Of a stretch of DNA of 64,000 nucleotides, positions 1-10,426 are shown one piece after another; within the stretch, counting starts at the first letter, position 1; every line of letters starts with the position of its first letter. The notes beneath the pieces were generated by a model. It was not told where the DNA came from and did not search any database. It saw nothing but the letters and a program-made list of their open reading frames with translations. Where the stretch lies: NCBI GenBank assembly GCA_977017575.1, contig CDRNVI010000049.1:248001-312000 (forward strand), in the 5' to 3' direction. A program made the position numbers and the translations under genes. This DNA comes from Paramoeba atlantica. Its lineage: Eukaryota > Protista > Discosea.

Positions 1-582
1 AAACGTGAAAAGAGTTGTAGTTTTTGTGCAGAAATGGAAAAAGACGGGATCCTATAGCTCACAACACGCATTACAGTTGTCCTTCAACGAGTTCCCGTTA
101 GATCACTCGTTGAATCCTAGACGTGGCGTATTCAATGGCAAGATAAAACACAAAAACACATCGCAGAGCCTGCAAGATTCAATATCTGCAAAATTCATAA
201 TCTTTTGAAGAAATTTGAAGAATCACTTACCCGCTATTTCACATTTACACATTATATTTCGGCAGGAAAGGCGACCTAAAAAGACAAGGCGTTTGGGCTG
301 GAACACATCTGAAATTAAAGTAGGCGGACTTCCCCATCGACCTCAACGAAGTGTGAAACCACGACGCTTGTTGAGCATAATGATGAGAAAAATAGTGAGA
401 AATCTTTCAAGAAAACGGGAGGGATAAAAATAAATTGCGTCGAGTCGGCATTTCAAGCAAAACGTTCAGAAAAAATTTACTAAGAAAAATAGTAAAAAAT
501 ATAGTTTTTATATATAGTGTTTCAAAGTTTATAGTACTATAATAGTACTATAAAATAGTTTTTGTAGTTTTACGGACCTCTG
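1..582. mobile_element. Right-hand part of a non-autonomous hAT-like element (left end outside window)
   Basis: Ends in GTAGTTTTACGGACCTCTG at 582, whose reverse complement CAGAGGTCCGTAAAACTA matches the TIR of the 24409-26325 element. Bases 1-66 match ~25347-25412 and ~473-582 match ~26227-26325, including TATAGTACTATA subterminal palindromes. Confidence 0.8.
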
Positions 583-757
583 GATGAAACCATTCAGGTT
601 CGGGGTCGGTTCGCCTGGGTTCGCCTGGCGCAATCTATTCCCCTTCTACTAATTCTTATTTATTACTTTTTTATTAATTCGTCCTTTTTATTCGTTTTTC
701 TGTTTTTTAATGTATGTATTGAATACATACCTTATTCTAATATATCTATCATATTAA

Positions 758-1700
758 ATGTTGCAAGACAGCGACAACTGCAACATCATTAAGGAACTGT
801 ACGGAGTTCCTATTGATGGGACTATTCTTCTTGAAGCATTAGTGCTCATGTCACAGGCTCGTGATACAGGGCTATTGTTTCATGAAAATGCGTCCAAAAC
901 GTCGCTTTGTCGGGTGAAGGAGAAGAATCTTACAAACACTTGCATGCATCCGTACCATCACCGGTACCTCCGACCCCTTTTTATAACAAGAATATAACAT
1001 AAAAAGATCAACAACATCTCCCTAAAGCTCCTGGCTCAAAGCTTGAATGCGAAGCAACAATACGCAATCCGCGTACACACACCTTCAGAGACAGGTGAAG
1101 CTGTAAAATTGTTTGTTAAAAAGGTGGAGGAGGTTATTCAGACGTGGCTGGGTCTGCTTACGGCAGAGAAAATCGAGCCGGCTCGCCTTCCTATTAAGAA
1201 AGGGGGATTGCGATTGACTTCGCGTACTAACATTAGAGAGGCGGCATATACTTGTAATACTTCGCTTCATATGACAAAAGAGCGCCAAAATTCCTTTTCT
1301 GCTCGTGCCAATGGAGTGAGGGGAAACGGAATTCTCAACGCCGGTAACTCCCACGATCTAGTACCACCAACACACGACAAGAACAATCGCAGCGATATAC
1401 CACGACGAAGTACTAAAGATCATAGAGAAGGACCCATTCATCTCCAAGATCCTAAGGGCAACGACGATAAATGGGCCAGAGCGAGATATTCCTGCATCCA
1501 AGCGCGAAGCTGAGGTACGAAGTGTGCTTCGAGGAAAGGTTGCGAGAACTGGCGGTAATTTTTTTTCTCCACCCTCAAAAGATAGAGTGGTTTTTTTGGT
1601 CAAGGGGCACCTTATTGCATTACCTAAGGTGCAGGGGCATGGCACACCCCACCTCCCTATCTTAGTGCTGCTGCTGTGACGTCAGTAGGGCACCTAGGCT
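758..1700 (+). mobile_element. Degenerate non-LTR retrotransposon fragment, CRE-clade-like (RT C-terminal/thumb region)
   Basis: ORF 1043-1513 has QYAIRVHTP..EA...F...VEEVI..WLG...ARLPIKKGGLRLTS...AAY, matching the YLLR..PP...A.LP...GGLGL...AAY block of CRE-type RTs. A GAGAW motif follows at ~1626 in a broken frame, and GLLFHENASKT lies upstream. Several stops and frameshifts. Recognised by eye; boundaries approximate. Confidence 0.6.
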
Positions 1701-2468
1701 CACCTCCGTAGGGCACCGCAAAAGCTATATTTTTGTAGCTGGCTCACGCAGCGAAAAGCACTCTTTTTGGAACCTTTCGAGGTATTTTTTTCGTGTCTGT
1801 GTAGATGACTCGTCATCTTCATGGGCGCCTACGTCCCGCTGATACAGGCTTCGGTACCAGAGAGGGATGAGACCACATCGCTTCGGCGACAAACAGTCCA
1901 TTTTGAACATTGAACCGGCACCTCCATACTGCAAAGAAATTTTCCATGATACTGGAGGTTTTCTCCGTCTTCCAGTAAAGACTTCACTTCTCAGAGCCAG
2001 AAAAGTTTGCAGCTAACTTTGAAAAACACGCCAAGTAGAAATCGCCATTGGTTTCAATGGGATTCGGTCGGTTCGCCTCGGTTCGCTTCGGTCCGTCCAG
2101 GTGACGTTTTTTTAAGTTTCACCCCTCTAAATCTTCTTGTACATCTAGGCCCCCTGGATCAGTTCCCCTTCGGATCCCCGCGCACATTGCGGAAAGACCC
2201 CCCCGTTGAAGCACGGCAATCCCCATCCTCAAATTCAGAAATTAACCACGAGGCTTAGGAACCAACTCCTATTTCAACATCATCATTTCCTCCGCGGACA
2301 CAAGTGGAGCGAAAGGACGCCGCTGATACTCGTCGTAGGCGTCGAGTAGACGCCTTGGATTTTGCGTCTAGTGCGGTGCAAATGCATCTAAAGCGGAAGG
2401 AACGGGGCGGCAACAAAATGCTACAGAAAGCAAGGATAAAGAAAAACTTCGAAGAGGAACTTTGGGCT

Positions 2469-3243
2469 AAACTGAAGCAAAATTCGGTTTTTTCGTTTTT
2501 TTCATAAATCTGTTCAAAAATTGTTCAAAAATTGTTGAAAAACTTAAACTGACAACTTTAGGCTTAAAAAGCGGACACTATACATATACGCAAGCGCAAT
2601 GCTCTTTTAGATTTTCAAGCACGCGCAACAAAGCATCCCCCCCATTACACTTCAAACTTCCGCTTCCCTGCTCTGCGTAGGCCTGCACCCGATCTTCTCT
2701 CCGGGCCCCGAGACAAATATTGTGACGGGCGCCATCTGTTCAAATTCTCGATTTTCAAATACGAAAAGAGAACCCATTTGCGAATTGTCAAACGAATGAT
2801 TTCAAAGATTACATACAGTCCGGGTTTTGTAATATAGGTGGGGTGCCCTTCTTATTTATCCTATATCAAACTTTTGTTTTTGTTTTTTTCTTGTTTTACT
2901 TTTTTCTTTTTCTTTTTTTATGAACGACCGCCCACTTTATAGTCGCTTCTTGGGCCTCTTTTTCTGCTGAATGGTAGTTTAGAATTTTATGAAAATTTGT
3001 TAAGTGCCAAAAAATAATCGCTTCGCGAAAAGTGGGTACCCAACCACTCACCTTAGAAAAGGAACTCATAAGCGTACCAGAATTGGGGGAACTCATAAGC
3101 AGGGGGGTATAGTAACTGAAAATGACGAAAAGAATAGCGAAAAACTCAAGAAAATACGAATACGATCTCTGGAGAAGTATTTTCTACAATCAGAGAATTT
3201 GATCGACAAAAATTGAAAAAAAAACCGAATTTTGCTTCAGTTT
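2469..3243. repeat. 25-bp perfect inverted repeat pair (2469-2493 and 3219-3243) around an AT-rich 725-bp core
   Basis: AAACTGAAGCAAAATTCGGTTTTTT and AAAAAACCGAATTTTGCTTCAGTTT. No TSD seen. Confidence 0.75.
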
Positions 3244-3325
3244 CACCGAACTTTGCACTGATCGTGCGAACTGCACTTTATACGGCAGAAAGCACGCCGA
3301 TGAACCAAAGGCACTTCGTGACAAT

Positions 3326-3832
3326 ATGCAGCAGCTGTTTCACCTAAAGTGCCGACATTGCGGCAATTTGTCACTCCTATGGCGAGAGTTATTACAACTC
3401 TCATCTAAACCATACGTGCCCCGGCCTTCAAAAGTCCGAGCCAAAAAAACAATGCCTGAACAGGGCTCGGCTAGAACCATCCAAGAATACTGGAGTCATG
3501 TGTTTCCTTCCGTCATCGCAACAACAAACATTCCCTTATCAAGGGCTCTCCGCACACAACAAACTCTGATGAAATTATTACCCAACGGTACGCGTAAGGA
3601 AGATATAGTTCTCGGCATGACAAGGACCGTGCATGAGCTAGCTCACCTTTCAACGATTGCGAAGCACATATGGGAGCAAGTCCACGCCAGCATTGATATG
3701 TATCACTTGTTCGGGAAGTTCACATGTATAATATTTATAGGTGGAAGCACAAGTAGGTGCACTTACCCAGATGGAAAACGCGGCAATCGTTGCAAGCACC
3801 AGTTCTTCATTCGTATGACGCAATGGGAGTGA
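3326..3832 (+). pseudogene. Decayed Zn-finger/SWIM-domain gene fragment, possibly TE-derived
   Basis: IFIGGSTSRCTYPDGKRGNRCKHQFFI resembles the SWIM motif CxC..CxH with the second Cys replaced by Tyr. The N-terminal CRHC pairs with H..H.C only after a frameshift. Lies opposite to the main gene array. Confidence 0.45.
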
Positions 3833-4158
3833 ACGAAAATGATGAAAGTTTGTAAAAAGCGACGCTTTCGGCGTCTGACCTTCGGCGTTTACGATAAACA
3901 GTCAAGTTGAAAAGACACTGTAACATGAAGCTGGGGTGAAGAAATAAAAAATACAAAAACATCAAATAAAAATTGGATACCATCGAGCCAAACTTTAAGT
4001 ACATTTGCAACAAGAATCCCTTTCAAACCGTCAAGCCGGACATAGGATGTCAAGGTTCCTTCCACATAGGGGGTTCCTTCTGCGTTGGTATCTACAGACT
4101 GATACCGTGGATAGGAACATCAGTATATAAAGCCCAATCAGTTAGCACACAAATATAC

Positions 4159-4525
4159 TAAAGGGGGGGTTCGTCTATTATTAACAGTTTTGTTTTGTTA
4201 ATAATAGACGGTCTTTTAATAATAGATGAAATAATACCTCCTTTTTCGAATACTAGATGAACATTTTTATCTATTATTAACAATCGACCTTTTAGGCTTG
4301 TTATAGGCTCGTTTTCTACCCTTATCCCCACGAATAAGTTATTCGTTGGGTTACGTTTACGAAAAAAGCCCCATGAAAGTTGGTTTTAGCGATTTTGACT
4401 TTAGGGAAGCTGCGAAAAATGAAGGAAATTAATTCTTGTTAGTAATAGATGAATGTTAATAATAGATGAAATAATACTATTGTTAATAATACATGGTTGC
4501 TACTAATAGACGAACCTCCCCTTTA
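4159..4525. mobile_element. MITE 1 (Tc1/mariner-type, TA-flanked)
   Basis: TA-AAGGGGGGGTTCGTCTATTA ... TAATAGACGAACCTCCCCTT-TA (22 bp including TA, 1 mismatch). Internal direct repeats of TAATAATAGATGAAATAATAC. Confidence 0.8.
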
Positions 4526-4594
4526 ATTTCTTTTATAAATGTCTTTTATGAGCACAATTTAAGTTTACGAAGTCGCGTAAGCTTAATTTTGAGG

Positions 4595-4774
4595 TACTGT
4601 TCCCCCCCGTTTAAGCGCACCTTGATTTCCGTGAAAAGTGCGCTTAAACGGGGGGAGTCTGAATCAGTACGTAACAAAAATTTGGCACCGCTTCGCGGCG
4701 CCGGAGTCCGCACCTCAACTCTATGTGCGCTTAAACGGGGGGTCTGATCGGGTGCGCTTAGGGGGGGGACAGTA
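4595..4774. mobile_element. MITE 2 (TA-flanked)
   Basis: TACTGTTCCCCCCC ... GGGGGGGGACAGTA termini, each followed by TAAGCGCAC. Internal copies of GTGCGCTTAAACGGGGG. Confidence 0.8.
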
Positions 4775-5155
4775 TTACATTTTATCCCCACTCTAAGTGG
4801 GGGTAGCCCCAATCATACCTTTGCAATTTTTTTTAATACCAGCAAATTGTCAGTGGCAGTTTTGTAGCAGATACAGTATGTTTGAAATTTATTCCGAATG
4901 TAAGTTTACGGTATGGGATATAGGGTAGAGGGAAGATAATGAGGGGTAAAGGAGATCAAGTCTCGCCCGTCTAAACGTGAGCTCTCGATCCTTGGAGGAC
5001 GAATGAGATCTTCACAGAGGATAAATCTCCGAGATTATTAGCATTTAAAAAAATATAGGGCGAACATTTGGATGAATCACACTCGTTGCAAAGCGAACGA
5101 TAAAATGCATTTCTGTCTACTAGAAAAAACGAAGTTTCTACAGGAAAGCCTCTAG

Positions 5156-5584
5156 CTAGTCACTTATTAGATTACACGTATAAGGCACGGGTGTTTTATT
5201 TAACCATTCGTATTGCGTAATAGGAATCAGACCCATCCACATGCATTTGAGAACAACAACGGAAAGTGCGATAAGATTGAACAATGCAAAATTCCATTTC
5301 GCTGCACGAACAGCTGGTTGAAGCTCTGCATCGTGCTCATACGTGTTGAAATGACTGGCCAAAGACATAATAGCTTTAATGGGCTGCAATATGGACATAA
5401 CAGTTACAACAATGCTAAAAAGGTGAATTTCATTCCCGATCATCCATAACATGAAGAGAGTCATCGGGATGCTTCGCAAAGGAGCACGACCGAGAGATCT
5501 AATGCGGTTTTCTTTTACATGCCAGTCTGTATTAAGCGTCGGTGAGTCACGTTTCAAACATGTTTCCGAACCGCTCGATTTCAT
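5156..5584 (-). CDS. EMC4: ER membrane protein complex subunit 4 (TMEM85/DUF1077)
   Basis: APLRSIPMTLFMLWMIGNEIHLFSI...QPIKAIMS and C-terminal KCMWMGLIP match EMC4 motifs. Confidence 0.85.
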   Translation of the reverse strand: MKSSGSETCLKRDSPTLNTDWHVKENRIRSLGRAPLRSIPMTLFMLWMIGNEIHLFSIVVTVMSILQPIKAIMSLASHFNTYEHDAELQPAVRAAKWNFALFNLIALSVVVLKCMWMGLIPITQYEWLNKTPVPYTCNLISD

Positions 5585-5838
5585 GTTTTACAATACGAAA
5601 TGTCTTAATGCATTCAAACCGCCCCGTGTTTGACTAAAGTAAATAACCGTTAATGCACCTAGTATAACAACATACCTAGTATACTCAGTAGAGATGTGTG
5701 TTGTATATCGCTTTAGAACGTATTACCACATCTTTTACGAAAGGAGTGCGGGAAGTCTCAATTCAAAGAGAGACAAAATATTGAGTCAATTTATCTTAAT
5801 CAGTTGACTGTACATCATTGTTTTTATGTTCGTGTGAG

Positions 5839-6573
5839 TCACTCGAAAAGGTCTTCAATGGAAGAAAATAAGACGGTTGGCCCTTCAATTGGATCAGAGT
5901 CTTGATCATTCGGACCGGAGTCTTGGTGAATTGGTGCTACATCCACCAAAACACACGATGGAACTTCATCAGTCGAAAGCTGAATTTTCGTCATGCGCAT
6001 ATCAAAGGATATCAGAGATTTAGGTAGAGAAGTAGTTTGCAGAATGCCAGAAAACAAGTTGCTATCTATTCGAATGTAGCGAATTCCGGAAGGCAGTCTG
6101 CTAGTGTCCACAGTACCCTGAAAATAATTGTCTGAAATATTGAAGTATATTAATGCTGAAGGGAGTAAAGTAAAATCGATAAATCCCGTGAATCGAGAGT
6201 ACATGACGCTGAAGTCTTCGAGACATGAAGGCAATAAAGTTACGTCGATAGAACCGTGAAGATGATTTCTGTCGTGATATCCGCTGACGTCAACCAAAAC
6301 AACTGTTCGTGGCGTATGAGTCCATTTCATGATCCCATAGAGATCCCTTCCCAAGCGTGTAGAACTCCATAAAAGTTTTGAAACTTGACCACTCTCATCG
6401 CACTCCACACCTTCCCAAGCGCATGCCGAAGTTTGCTCAGTCCAGGATGGAAATGTGTGAACTCGATTTTCTATTTCTTCAGTGAGACGCAATAACTCAT
6501 ACTCTTGAGGAAGCAATGCGCCATGAATCTTCCTTGCCTCATGATCCATGTCGGAGAAAGAAGCGCGATACAT
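5839..6573 (-). CDS. Stand-alone leucine-rich repeat protein (LRRNT-like cap plus plant-type LRRs)
   Basis: ACAWEGVECD cap, then repeated LP..L..F....N.F.G.ID units. Paralogous to the genes at 32569 and 35133. Confidence 0.8.
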   Translation of the reverse strand: MYRASFSDMDHEARKIHGALLPQEYELLRLTEEIENRVHTFPSWTEQTSACAWEGVECDESGQVSKLLWSSTRLGRDLYGIMKWTHTPRTVVLVDVSGYHDRNHLHGSIDVTLLPSCLEDFSVMYSRFTGFIDFTLLPSALIYFNISDNYFQGTVDTSRLPSGIRYIRIDSNLFSGILQTTSLPKSLISFDMRMTKIQLSTDEVPSCVLVDVAPIHQDSGPNDQDSDPIEGPTVLFSSIEDLFE

Positions 6574-6884
6574 CGTAAAAAGGAACTAGAAAAGGAACTA
6601 GAAAATGCCTCGATAAGGAAACTTAGCAACATGTGTAAGCAAGATTTTGGCACCACCGTAGACCGCACGACTGACACATCACATACATAACATCACATAC
6701 TAAAGCTGATTGAGCGAATGTGCTCTACATATTGTATTAGAGATTGTGAAAGTAAGGTGGGGATGGCACCATACTTACTGTATTGGATTTGACGCATTCT
6801 TCTCGAAAACAAAAAGGTGGAGAATTTTTGAATTCAGCTTTACTCTAAAGATTCTGAAACTATTTTCAATAATACATCACTCCG

Positions 6885-7661
6885 TCAGTTCAGTTCTTGT
6901 GAGATTTCGCGCACGCACTTCTCAGCCACATCGGTAATGTGTTGAAAACGAACCGGGCCCAAAAGTATACCTCCGAACCATCGTGTAACTGAAACAAAAT
7001 GAGAGATACAGCGATTTTTACGTAACACAGCCAATATCTTACCCCCAGCAAGTCGTTCTCCGTCGTCCACAGCACCTTCTTTTACGTGCATTGTAGAGTG
7101 GAAATCCGTGGATTCGCATTCTTTCCCGGCGCTCATACTTGAAGCAAGTTTGAAATCCAAGGGTGTCTGATTTTTTCTTTTTTTATTTAGCGACGTGGGC
7201 TCATTTGATCTTGAATTGATATTGGAGGCACACTTCATATGCACATTCTTGCTTGAAAAAAGGCCTATATCCGTCGAATATCGATACGCGTGTATGGATG
7301 GATGAGCAGCCTCAACGACATCAGGGAATCGAATCTTGATAAGCTCAAGTGTATCCACCACGTCTTGTAGCGAGCGTATTCCTACAGCAACGTGACCAAC
7401 AAACCGCGAGCCTCTGTCTTGTATTTCACGAGTTCCCCGAATCAAGCGTATCTGACGTGATGACAAACGGGACGCAATCACGGTTTTTCTATCTTTTCTG
7501 AATAAGGATAACATGGGCGACATCGTTGTTGAGCGATGTCCATTTTCACTGATGTTTTCTTCGTCATCAACGTCTATGCTCTTCTGGTATAAACATTTGA
7601 AACCGTAGGTCGAGAGAGAACCACTTTTTTGAAAGGAATCATGGTTGTTTAGTGACTTCAT
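6885..7661 (-). CDS. IMPACT: IMPACT/YigZ (UPF0029) family protein without an RWD domain
   Basis: DRGSRFVGH, H.SIHAYR, DDGERLAGGKIL and VTRWFGGILLGPVRFQHI motifs. Confidence 0.85.
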   Translation of the reverse strand: MKSLNNHDSFQKSGSLSTYGFKCLYQKSIDVDDEENISENGHRSTTMSPMLSLFRKDRKTVIASRLSSRQIRLIRGTREIQDRGSRFVGHVAVGIRSLQDVVDTLELIKIRFPDVVEAAHPSIHAYRYSTDIGLFSSKNVHMKCASNINSRSNEPTSLNKKRKNQTPLDFKLASSMSAGKECESTDFHSTMHVKEGAVDDGERLAGGKILAVLRKNRCISHFVSVTRWFGGILLGPVRFQHITDVAEKCVREISQELN

Positions 7662-7832
7662 ACAAATAAAGAGGGATAAACATTTATCACTTCCATGACT
7701 ACTGCCTTCTATTGTTAGTGTTTTTCAGAAAATCCAGAACGGAAAAAAAACTCTGTTGTTCTGTCCTTGTATATTTTTCTGTCCTTGAATACATAGTTTT
7801 GTTAACTTGTTCGAACATGTTCAATTACGCAT

Positions 7833-9014
7833 TCATCTGGCGACCTCAAAGGAGGGAATCTTTTTCTTCCACAATCCCTCCGTAGCTTGTGAAAATTCTA
7901 AGGCTGCCTCATCCGACATCATTGCGGGATGCTGAAAGATTCGAGGTATTTCTTTGCAATCAGCATAGAATTCGCCCGATGTAAGTTGCTTAGAGTATAT
8001 ACAATACAGGATACTATGTGATCCCTGTTGTGAAGTCTGAAACACTAAAGGGAGAAATGTTCGCGAAATAAAGTTATAAAAGGAACGAGGCAAAATGCGG
8101 TCGTAAAGATTCGACATCACAGCGCCCGGATGAACGGAAACGGAGGTAATACCCACCGCGCTGTGCTCTAAGTGCAATGCTCGAGCATCCAGAGCATTCG
8201 CAAGCTTGGATACACCATAGCACGAGACACCTGCGAAGCGCCCCTCCACCGGATAGAGGTACTCCAGAGCGTTGATCTCCCTGGGGGCGGTCAGAAAACT
8301 CGCAATACTGGACACGCAGACCACCCGCGCGTGACTTCGTTTAAGTTCGCCCATAAGCAGTCGGGTGAGAAGATAATGGCCAAGATAGTTCGTCCCATAA
8401 TGAGCCTCAAATCCATCCGCTGTACATTGAGTTCCTTCAAGATAAAACACACCTGCATTGTTTATGAGGTAATCTAACGACGTTTGGTAGGATTGAAAAA
8501 GGTTTGCACAGTTTATTATGGAAGTAGAATCCGAAAGGTCCAAAGGAAGAATCGTCACTAATGCCTTCGTGTTTTCTTTGCGGATTTCAAGGGCTGTGAG
8601 TTTCCCTTTCTGAACATTCCGACATGCCAAAAAAACATGACAATCATGAGCGCAGAGATCTTTGACCACTTCACGCCCGATGCCGGAGTTTCCACCAGTG
8701 ACCAGCGCGACCTTGCCCTGCAACGAGTGCCGACAGGTGCAGGATACCCCGCGTGCGATCCAACGGCAAAACGCGTATGATGCAATCAGGAGTGATCCCC
8801 AGGCAAGGGGTGTTGATGGTACCAAGCACTTGTATAGCACAGTAGGGACGAGTACGCATGCCAATGCCGCTTTTCCTAGCGTGAAATACACAATCCGAGG
8901 AGTAAGCCGAAGGTTTATCATCTTTAACTCTAAGATGGTAAGGACTGTTAAAGTGTTGGAATGTATTTGATATGCGAAAATAATAGAATATCCCACATTC
9001 CTCAATACAGACAT
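7833..9014 (-). CDS. Membrane-anchored short-chain dehydrogenase/reductase (RDH12/WWOX-like)
   Basis: TGGNSGIG Rossmann motif, LINNAGV, THYLGHYLLT-like segment (TNYLGHYLLT), catalytic YGVSK and VHPGAV. Hydrophobic N-terminal segments. Confidence 0.9.
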   Translation of the reverse strand: MSVLRNVGYSIIFAYQIHSNTLTVLTILELKMINLRLTPRIVYFTLGKAALACVLVPTVLYKCLVPSTPLAWGSLLIASYAFCRWIARGVSCTCRHSLQGKVALVTGGNSGIGREVVKDLCAHDCHVFLACRNVQKGKLTALEIRKENTKALVTILPLDLSDSTSIINCANLFQSYQTSLDYLINNAGVFYLEGTQCTADGFEAHYGTNYLGHYLLTRLLMGELKRSHARVVCVSSIASFLTAPREINALEYLYPVEGRFAGVSCYGVSKLANALDARALHLEHSAVGITSVSVHPGAVMSNLYDRILPRSFYNFISRTFLPLVFQTSQQGSHSILYCIYSKQLTSGEFYADCKEIPRIFQHPAMMSDEAALEFSQATEGLWKKKIPSFEVAR

Positions 9015-9136
9015 GTTTCTTTTTTCAACATGGTTTCAATATGGTTTCGGGGTTCTTATTTATGTCAGTACTAAAGGTTGACAGTGATCTGTTGACGTTC
9101 AAGAAACAGAAAAAGAGAGAACAGACCTATCGATAT

Positions 9137-10426
9137 TCAGTGACCTCTCTTTCGCGCCCTCCAATGTGCCGACTTTGCGGACCACATATTACTGGGTGTT
9201 AGTCCGATCGCCGGGGCAACACGGCGACTGCGCTCACAGGCTCCAAGCTGATGAACATCCGAGAAATGTACACTTTCTGGGTCCGCAGTAGAGAACACTG
9301 GACGATATATTCGCCCAAGCGCATCGTAGATGGCTCGAAAAACAAGGCCTGTAGGGGAGGAAGAAGTGCCCATTGATAGAGTAGTGTCTTTACTGGCAAC
9401 CGTATCCTCCAGTGCATGATCGGGAATACAAGATACGTGCGAGATAGAAGAGAGAACCCCGTACCCTTTCGGTGACGTATGTGAAATCGCAGCGTAAAAT
9501 GGACCCAAATCAAGTGGCACATCTCGCGCTGGGAGGCGAACCTGCGTTAGTTTTCGTTTTAAGAAAAGGTTTAGATTTTTGAAAGGAGATAACGTGGCGC
9601 CGAGTCGTTCTAAATACGAAAGTTGCGGATACAACAGGAATAAGCCAATGAGCTGTGAACCCAAAGTATCAGTATCATTCTCTTCCGGGCTTCTCGGTAG
9701 AAAAATACTTTTATCAAGGGAAAAAACCCTCTCCCATGACTTCAGATGCTCATAAAGCAAAAAATAATTTCTTAGGTTAACATGCGCTACTAGATTTTCA
9801 GAAAGTGTACGCAAATTCATGGTTTCTTCGGGTTCCATTTGACGTTCGTCAACGATTTTAATTAAAGGCTTCACAAGTTTCTGAACAATGGATACTGTAA
9901 GGTTCGCCAAGTTTGCAAAAGAATTGCTAGAGACCGATTTTCGAGCACTTTCAAGTCGCACATGCGGTCGAAATAGATAATGGAGTATGGAAATAGGCCC
10001 ATGAAGAGAATAGGTCGCACGTCCTATAAAATTGTGAGAAAGAACGCCTTTCCCTGCTTCGTTCAGATATATCTGATCCTGGCTAATAATGCCATATTTC
10101 AAAGATTTCATTAATGAAATTGGTCCACGTAAAGCAGAAGGGATGGTCGTGACGGTTGATGAAGGTCGATCGACAAGATGCACTCTGCAAATCCTAGTTG
10201 ACCCGGATCCAACAGGAGAAACACTTGTTATACTTGCATGAGGAGAATTTGAAATCAATTCGAAATTCCTATATTGCAGCGCGGCACGAATGGACCAACA
10301 AGTTGGTGAATCATCATCATTTGCAAAGACAAGTTTCCCATGTCGGCCGTTTTTTCCCCATAATTCACTCTTTGATGATATTAGTCTCTTACTACGGGAC
10401 TGAATGACGGAACTGATTCGTAGCAT
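9137..10426 (-). CDS. Hypothetical protein, possible mitochondrial GST-fold protein
   Basis: 429-aa ORF with an MLR-type basic presequence-like N-terminus. SPTCWSIRAALQY and FKNLNLFLKR weakly resemble GST N- and C-domain motifs. Confidence 0.5.
   Translation of the reverse strand: MLRISSVIQSRSKRLISSKSELWGKNGRHGKLVFANDDDSPTCWSIRAALQYRNFELISNSPHASITSVSPVGSGSTRICRVHLVDRPSSTVTTIPSALRGPISLMKSLKYGIISQDQIYLNEAGKGVLSHNFIGRATYSLHGPISILHYLFRPHVRLESARKSVSSNSFANLANLTVSIVQKLVKPLIKIVDERQMEPEETMNLRTLSENLVAHVNLRNYFLLYEHLKSWERVFSLDKSIFLPRSPEENDTDTLGSQLIGLFLLYPQLSYLERLGATLSPFKNLNLFLKRKLTQVRLPARDVPLDLGPFYAAISHTSPKGYGVLSSISHVSCIPDHALEDTVASKDTTLSMGTSSSPTGLVFRAIYDALGRIYRPVFSTADPESVHFSDVHQLGACERSRRVAPAIGLTPSNMWSAKSAHWRARKRGH

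Noticed and set aside
605-2086. GTCGGTTCGCCT(G/C)GGTTCGC at 605-624 and 2067-2086 as LTRs or a TSD of the retroposon
   Set aside because: The match is only 20 bp and not at definable element ends. More likely subterminal motifs of another decayed repeat.
6471-6677. Hydrophobic ORF overlapping the start of LRR gene 1, considered as a frameshifted signal peptide
   Set aside because: The LRR frame has its own ATG and family N-terminal motif, and there is no evidence for a frameshift.
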